From the IMG/VR virus record IMGVR_UViG_3300044515_000031, positions 1-44,563 of that record: a stretch of DNA of 44,563 nucleotides; one strand, 5' to 3'. This DNA is from a virus. Below, piece by piece: positions 40,038 to 44,563 of the stretch. The stretch's first letter is position 1, and the number at the start of each line of letters is the position of its first letter. Under the pieces are notes generated by a model. The model saw only the letters and a program-made list of their open reading frames with translations, searched no databases and was not told the origin of the DNA. The position numbers and the translations under genes were made by a program.

Positions 40038-40577
40038 ATGTCCAGACACATCGTTCAGGTAGACGCCGCACGTCGCGATCGCAGTCTTGTCCCCTCCAGC
40101 CAGAGCATCGAAAACAAGCTCAAAGCCGAGCCCGTGTTGCTGGTTTGGCGACGACTGATCGATCTAGCTGCCGAAGAAGCCAAGAGAGTGCGGTTCGGTG
40201 AGCCTACAGACACAGCCATCTGGCAACGCTGGTGGATCACAGTGCCTGACGTCCCCGTCGATGCCGGCCGGGAGTTCCGTGCCACGTTCCCGCGCTGCTG
40301 TCTCTTCCTGGGCATCGACACAGAGGTGGAGCGCGCAAGGTTGATCGGCGAGATCGATGCCGCGCTGGAGGCATCGGCGAGGGTGTACATGGCCAAGAAG
40401 CTGGAGCTGCGGCGGCGTGCGGTGCTCGCAGTGGCTGGTTGCGAGGGCGAGATGCGGAAGACCTACGCCCTGCTGCTCATTAGCCAGGTGGAGTATGAGG
40501 ATACGGCGGGCATCAACCGCGCTGACCCGCCAGCACGCGTACGGAGACTTGACCGCACTGCCAAGGCTGCCGCGTAA
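40038..40577 (+). CDS. Hypothetical protein
   Basis: 179 aa with protein-like composition. It is the last gene before the cos-like region. Confidence 0.55.
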   Translation: MSRHIVQVDAARRDRSLVPSSQSIENKLKAEPVLLVWRRLIDLAAEEAKRVRFGEPTDTAIWQRWWITVPDVPVDAGREFRATFPRCCLFLGIDTEVERARLIGEIDAALEASARVYMAKKLELRRRAVLAVAGCEGEMRKTYALLLISQVEYEDTAGINRADPPARVRRLDRTAKAAA

Positions 40578-40718
40578 CCCACACGCCTCACCACGGCCGG
40601 TCAGCAGGGTCAGGGAGGGGTCTCAGCCGGCCTGATGGTCGACGGGTCCTCCCCGGACCTTTCGCGTTGCGGGTAACGCGCCACCGCGCGGGAGGGCGCA
40701 TTTTTAACAAAATATGTG

Positions 40719-40861
40719 ACTTCCACTTCCATGAACCCCATCCGTGCCGCTAAGTGCCGTATTTGCAACACTGGCCGTCTCGGTTCGTGGAAGTAGACGC
40801 CGTTTTCGCGGAAGTGACACCCTCCGAAATGACTTCCACGAATGTGACCGACTTCCACGAA
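40719..40861. repeat. Five copies of ACTTCCAC(GAA) in both orientations: cosB-like small-terminase binding sites
   Basis: Plus-strand copies are at 40719-40726, 40832-40842 and 40851-40861. Minus-strand copies are TTCGTGGAAGT at 40784-40794 and TTCGCGGAAGT at 40805-40815. The last copy ends 17 nt before the Nu1-like start. Confidence 0.65.
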
Positions 40862-40878
40862 CGGTGCTACATCTGCGC

Positions 40879-41490
40879 ATGGCTCATGAAGCGATGGACA
40901 TCGAGACGGTTGCTGGTCTGCTCAGCGTTTCGACGCGGCAGATCAGGACCTACGTCGCCGCCGGCATGCCGAGCGACAAGCAGGGCCGCACCCCGGTCTT
41001 CAACTGGCCGGATGTGCTCGAGTGGTACATGAACTATCGCTGGTCCCTCGAGACCGGCGGCTCCCTGGACGATGACGCGGACGACCTCGACGGCGGCAGC
41101 GGCGGTCCAGCCAGGGGTGACGATATCCGCGTGGTGAATCTGCGCCGCGCTAAGGCCGACGCCAGCCTGAAGGAGCTGCAGCTCAGCAAACTGAACGGCG
41201 AGGTCATCGTAATCGGCGACGCGAAGTCACGCCTGGACCGCATGTTCGGCAATCTCCGCGCCAAGCTGCTGGGGATGGCGCCGCGCCTGGCCAACCGCCT
41301 CGAGGGGGAAAAGGACCGGACCGCCCGCGAAGCCGCGTTGAAGGAGGAGCTCGAGAACCTCTGCCGCGAGATCTCCACCGGCGCGATCGTCGGCCTTCCC
41401 GAAGCCACACAGCCCGAGGTTCTCGACGAAGTCAGCGCCGCGGCCGAAACCTCGGCCGAGTTCCAGGCCAAGGATTTTGGCCTCCTATGA
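40879..41490 (+). CDS. terS: Terminase small subunit, Nu1-like (N-terminal HTH)
   Basis: The ORF is open from 40744. The likely start is ATG 40879 (or 40894), after the repeat array. VAGLLSVSTRQIRTYVAAGMP...PVFNWPDVLEWY matches the Nu1-type pattern. The gene overlaps the terL start. Confidence 0.8.
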   Translation: MAHEAMDIETVAGLLSVSTRQIRTYVAAGMPSDKQGRTPVFNWPDVLEWYMNYRWSLETGGSLDDDADDLDGGSGGPARGDDIRVVNLRRAKADASLKELQLSKLNGEVIVIGDAKSRLDRMFGNLRAKLLGMAPRLANRLEGEKDRTAREAALKEELENLCREISTGAIVGLPEATQPEVLDEVSAAAETSAEFQAKDFGLL

Positions 41491-43430
41491 ACCCTTCCAG
41501 CCGCGAAGGGCTCGCCGCTTTCGAGCAGGCGCTCCTCGACGCCTGCATCCTGATGCGCCCGCCGGAGAACCTGACCGTCTCGCAGTGGGCAGACAAGTAC
41601 GCCATGCTCTCGGCCGAAGGCTCGTCGATGCCGGGCAAGTTCTACGTCTCGAACGCGGAGTACCAGCGCGAACCCTTCGACTGCCTGTCCGATCCGCGCA
41701 TGCAGATGGTTGTCCTGCTCTGGGCCTCGCAGGTCGGCAAAACTCAGATCGCGCTCATCTGGTGCGCCTACGGGATGGAGCACGACCCGGCGCCGATGCT
41801 TTTCATCGAGCCGACTGAGGACCTCGCCAAAGTCATAGTCAAGGACCGCATCAAGCCCATGCTCCGCGACACTCCACGCCTCCGCGGCCTGGTCTCGACC
41901 GGCGGCGATCAGTTCCACATGGCCTTCCCCGGCGGGCAGCTCTCGATGGGCTGGGCGAACTCCCCCACACAGCTCGCCTCGCGGCCGATCCGCCGCCTCG
42001 TTACGGACGAGGAGGGCCGCTACGGCACAAACTCCGAAGGCGACCCCGTCGCCCAGGGCCGCAAGCGCATGGCCACGTTCGCCAACCGGATGCACCTCCG
42101 CGTCAGCTCCCCGGCGCTGCGCAGGACCTGCCGCATCACCAAAGCCGAGGAGCAGTCCGACCAGCGGCGCTACTTCGTCCCCTGCCCCGAATGCGCACAC
42201 ATGCAGATCCTGCGCTTCGGCCAGCTCAAGGGCACGCCCGACGATTGTTTCTATGAGTGCGAGGCCTGCGAGTACCACATCCTTGAAAGCGACAAGCCCG
42301 CCATGATCCGCAACGGAAAGTGGATCGCCACGAACCCCAGCGGCGGGGACGGTAAGACGGCCGGCTTCCAGCTGAGCGCGCTCTATTCGCCGATCGGCTA
42401 CACCTGGGCCGAGATCCTCACGGATTACATCAACTGCGAAGGAATCGCCGACAAGCTGCAGGTCTTCACCAACACCGTCCTCGCCGAGCCCTGGGACGAG
42501 CAGGCCGAGGGCGCCGACCTCAACGAGATTGCAAAGCACGCCGAGGAGTACTCGGCGCAGGCGCCCAGCTGGGCCGTCATCTTTACCTGCGGCGCCGACG
42601 TGCAGAAGGACCGCATCGAGGCCACGAAGTGGGGATGGGGGTTGAACCACGTCTCCGGCGTCATCGAGCACCGCGTCTTCTACGGCAACACGGCACTCGC
42701 CAAGCAGGGCGCGTGGAAGGAGTTCGATGAGTGGCGCCGCCGCGAGATCTGGCATGAGAGCGGCCTGGTGTTGCCGGTGGCCTGCACGTTCGTCGATTCG
42801 GGCGACGGCAACCGCACACAAACCGTCTACGAGTACTGTCGATCGCGCGAGCGCGAGAAAGTCTTTGCCTGCAAAGGCAGCTCACTGACCGGAGCTCCGC
42901 TGGTCGGCGCTGCGAAGCGTGTAGGCAAGTTCCGGGCTCTCCTGGTCATCGTCGGCAGCTCCACGGCGAAGGACATCATTTACTCTCGATTGCAGATTGA
43001 AAAGGGCAATCCCGGTTACATCCACTTCCCCAAGTCGGTGGAGTCGGGCTGCACCCCCGAGTACTTCTCGCATCTCACAGCAGAAGCCCTGGTCACACGG
43101 CAAACCAAAGGCGGCGAGGTATCCAAATGGGAAAAACAGAGATCACGGAACGAAGCTCTGGATTGCGCGGTCTACGCGTATGCGGCGAAGGAGTTCACGC
43201 GGGCGCCGCTGGGAGAACTCGCACGCCGGCTCCAGGCCAAAGCCGTGAAGCTACCGGAGGACGAGCGGCCGGGCGGGAAGATGTACAACGCGGCCAGGCT
43301 GGCCGTCGCACTGCTGCCCTTACTGTCTTCGGAGTCCTCACCAGCATCACCTTCGCCAGCTCCTAAACCGCGCAAAAAACTCAGCAAAATCATCAGAAGG
43401 CCGGGTTTCGGCTGGATTCAGGGGAATTAG
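41487..43430 (+). CDS. terL: Terminase large subunit, lambda gpA family
   Basis: 647 aa. The N-terminus QWADKYAMLSAEGSSMPGKFYVSNAEYQREPFDCLSDP...WASQVGKTQ shows the typical gpA pattern and Walker A. Confidence 0.9.
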   Translation: MNPSSREGLAAFEQALLDACILMRPPENLTVSQWADKYAMLSAEGSSMPGKFYVSNAEYQREPFDCLSDPRMQMVVLLWASQVGKTQIALIWCAYGMEHDPAPMLFIEPTEDLAKVIVKDRIKPMLRDTPRLRGLVSTGGDQFHMAFPGGQLSMGWANSPTQLASRPIRRLVTDEEGRYGTNSEGDPVAQGRKRMATFANRMHLRVSSPALRRTCRITKAEEQSDQRRYFVPCPECAHMQILRFGQLKGTPDDCFYECEACEYHILESDKPAMIRNGKWIATNPSGGDGKTAGFQLSALYSPIGYTWAEILTDYINCEGIADKLQVFTNTVLAEPWDEQAEGADLNEIAKHAEEYSAQAPSWAVIFTCGADVQKDRIEATKWGWGLNHVSGVIEHRVFYGNTALAKQGAWKEFDEWRRREIWHESGLVLPVACTFVDSGDGNRTQTVYEYCRSREREKVFACKGSSLTGAPLVGAAKRVGKFRALLVIVGSSTAKDIIYSRLQIEKGNPGYIHFPKSVESGCTPEYFSHLTAEALVTRQTKGGEVSKWEKQRSRNEALDCAVYAYAAKEFTRAPLGELARRLQAKAVKLPEDERPGGKMYNAARLAVALLPLLSSESSPASPSPAPKPRKKLSKIIRRPGFGWIQGN

Positions 43431-43462
43431 CGGGCCGGACTCGACACCGGCTCTGCACTTTT

Positions 43463-43482
43463 GGTTGCCGCGTCCGGCAACC
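43463..43482 (+). promoter_or_regulatory. Stem-loop GGTTGCCG-CGTC-CGGCAACC after terL (no T-run)
   Basis: Read directly. Confidence 0.35.
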
Positions 43483-43755
43483 GGGCTTCGAAGGCACTCC
43501 ATGCAGACTTATTCGAAATGACGCGTGTCCATCCACGCCGCCGCTAATCGATAAATAATAGAGCACCGCCGCCTCAGTAGATTTGACCGTTTCAACCTCC
43601 CCCGTCTAACTACTCGGCGTGACCTTCGCCGAAAAGACCGTCGTCAGCATCCTGCTCCTGGTCGCGCGCCTCATCGCGCCGTACGGCTGGAAGAGCGAGA
43701 TCAAAGCCGTCGCCGACGCTATCAACCTCTGGACTCCGGAACGTAAGGAGCCCGC

Positions 43756-44325
43756 GTGACGCTTCTCTCCCTCAAACAGGCTCTCCCTCCCGAACTCCGC
43801 GCCGGCGACGCGCTGGCGTTCTCGGTCCAGACGGCACTCGTTCCCCCGTCGACGATTTTCATTTCAATCGCGGGCGTCATAGCCAACGTCGCTACGTCCA
43901 TGAAGATCGGCGGCGCCGGAGTAGCCGTCGACGCAAGCGGCGTGGCCGCGTTCACCGTCGCCAGCAGCGTTACCGCAGCATGGATGCCCGGACGATACGC
44001 GTGGGTCGCGTTCTCGCTCGACGGCAGCGGCAACCGCAACGAGCTCGCATTGGGACAGATCGTCATCCTGCCGGACGTCGCAGCCGGACCTGTAGATCCG
44101 CGCAGCTATAACGAGCGCGTACTCGGCAATCTCCGCGCCCTGATCGAGGGCAAGTCGCTCGACGACGTCTTCATGTACAAGATCGGCTCCCGCGAGCTCA
44201 CCAAGCTGTCGCACAAGGAGCTGATGACGCAGGAAGCCATCTTCGAGGACCGCGTCCGCCGCGAACGCATCCGCCGCGGCGAGAAACTCCCGCGCAAAAC
44301 CATCGGCATCAGGTTCGGAGGTTAA
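43756..44325 (+). CDS. Head-tail joining protein with a gpW-like C-terminal domain and an N-terminal extension of about 110 aa
   Basis: 189 aa. AAGGAG lies 5 nt before GTG 43756. The C-terminus LGNLRALIEGKSLDDVFMYKIGSRELTKLSHKELMTQEAIFEDRV parallels lambda W ([39 protein letters not shown]). Position between gpA-like and portal matches lambda. Confidence 0.55.
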   Translation: MTLLSLKQALPPELRAGDALAFSVQTALVPPSTIFISIAGVIANVATSMKIGGAGVAVDASGVAAFTVASSVTAAWMPGRYAWVAFSLDGSGNRNELALGQIVILPDVAAGPVDPRSYNERVLGNLRALIEGKSLDDVFMYKIGSRELTKLSHKELMTQEAIFEDRVRRERIRRGEKLPRKTIGIRFGG

Positions 44326-44563
44326 ATGGCCAAACTCACCGCGACGATCACGTGCTCGGTCAGGGCCAGCTTTCTACTGCTCTGGTTGAAGCGCTTGGAG
44401 ATCGAAGTTCCTCCGCCTCTCGGCCATCACCATTCGCTCAGCTTCGCGCAATTTGGGAGCGACGAAAAGGGTTGGGAAGACCGCCTCTGCTTGGAGGTGA
44501 GGGCGAGCAATGGTTCGCAGAAGTTCTTCCTCAATGATCAGGACATGGTCCCCGAAACGTTCG
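44326..44563 (+). CDS. 5' part of the junction-spanning small ORF (continues at 128..171 of the window)
   Basis: ATG 44326 follows GGAGG at 44317-44321. See feature 1..171. Confidence 0.45.
   Translation, partial: MAKLTATITCSVRASFLLLWLKRLEIEVPPPLGHHHSLSFAQFGSDEKGWEDRLCLEVRASNGSQKFFLNDQDMVPETF
44437..44563. repeat. Terminal direct repeat, copy 2 (identical to 1..127)
   Basis: Same as copy 1. Confidence 0.95.

Larger units (their letters stand above)
1..44563. mobile_element. Complete temperate siphovirus-type phage genome with lambda-like morphogenesis gene order, circularly closed contig (unique length 44,436 bp)
   Basis: The window holds terminases, portal, protease-capsid, a full lambda-order tail module, lysis genes, an integrase next to a tRNA 3'-end fragment, divergent XRE repressors, Rep with internal iterons and a ParA cassette. 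The two 127-nt ends are identical. Confidence 0.9.

Noticed and set aside
40744-40878. Upstream extension of the small-terminase ORF (track start 40744)
   Set aside because: The extension runs through the ACTTCCAC repeat array and has no protein-like character. The Nu1-type HTH begins right after ATG 40879/40894.
41034-42821. 595-aa minus-strand ORF
   Set aside because: It is an antisense shadow of the well-supported gpA-like large terminase.
43619-43759. 46-aa GTG-initiated ORF with one hydrophobic helix in the terL to gpW-like gap
   Set aside because: It has no ribosome-binding site and is very short. The only support is a GTGA overlap with the next start, which is insufficient.
44352-44537. 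61-aa ORF in the track near the contig end
   Set aside because: It is in a different frame from the ORF that has a GGAGG-led ATG at 44326, reads through the circular junction and is stop/start-coupled to the portal gene. It is probably an alternative-frame artefact.
1-44563. Search by eye for CRISPR arrays, reverse transcriptase/DGR or retron elements, transposases/IS ends, rRNA, and toxin-antitoxin pairs
   Set aside because: No repeat-spacer arrays, no YxDD reverse-transcriptase motifs, no transposase-like ORFs or terminal inverted repeats, and no rRNA-like sequence were seen. The RHH-like ORF at 39773 has no obvious toxin partner.

Overview
The window is one complete, GC-rich temperate tailed-phage genome of siphovirus type, assembled as a closed circle. 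Nt 1-127 are identical to nt 44437-44563, so the unique unit is 44,436 bp.

Structural genes (+ strand) follow lambda order closely:
- Packaging and head: cosB-like repeats, Nu1-like small terminase, gpA-like large terminase, gpW-like protein, a small ORF spanning the contig junction, gpB-like portal, three small genes (one with two HTH motifs), and an HK97-type prohead protease fused to the major capsid protein.
- Tail: FII-like, U-like, V-like major tail, G/G-T chaperones with a GGGAAAA -1 slippery site, tape measure, M-like, L-like (4 Cys), K-like NlpC/P60, and a gpI-gpJ fusion.
- A two-gene convergent cassette interrupts this order between the tape measure and the M-like gene.

After J come a repeat-containing fiber-like protein, a Sec-signal LamG+SGNH esterase, a lysis cassette (TM-anchored T4-lysozyme-like endolysin plus a small membrane protein) and a 1259-aa Sec-signal collagen-repeat protein.

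The accessory and early half contains:
- An attP-like region (tRNA 3'-end fragment flanked by TGCGACC arm repeats) next to a tyrosine integrase.
- A second, XerC/D-like recombinase operon.
- A divergent XRE repressor pair with palindromic operators.
- A Rep initiator with an iteron-type origin inside its own gene.
- A small ParA and a small partner gene embedded in four clusters of phased 8-bp iterons.
- A KH-domain protein.
- A chain of translationally coupled small genes ending in a HerA-like ATPase with two C-terminal wHTH modules and a 4-TM protein.
- A convergent WYL+SWIM protein.

The most unusual items are the 8-bp phased centromere-like arrays (one inside a coding sequence), the coexistence of integration and partition/resolution modules, the HerA-wHTH/membrane/WYL-SWIM cluster, and the cassette with a second protease-fold gene in the tail module.

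All functional calls come from reading motifs and synteny by eye. No database search was run.
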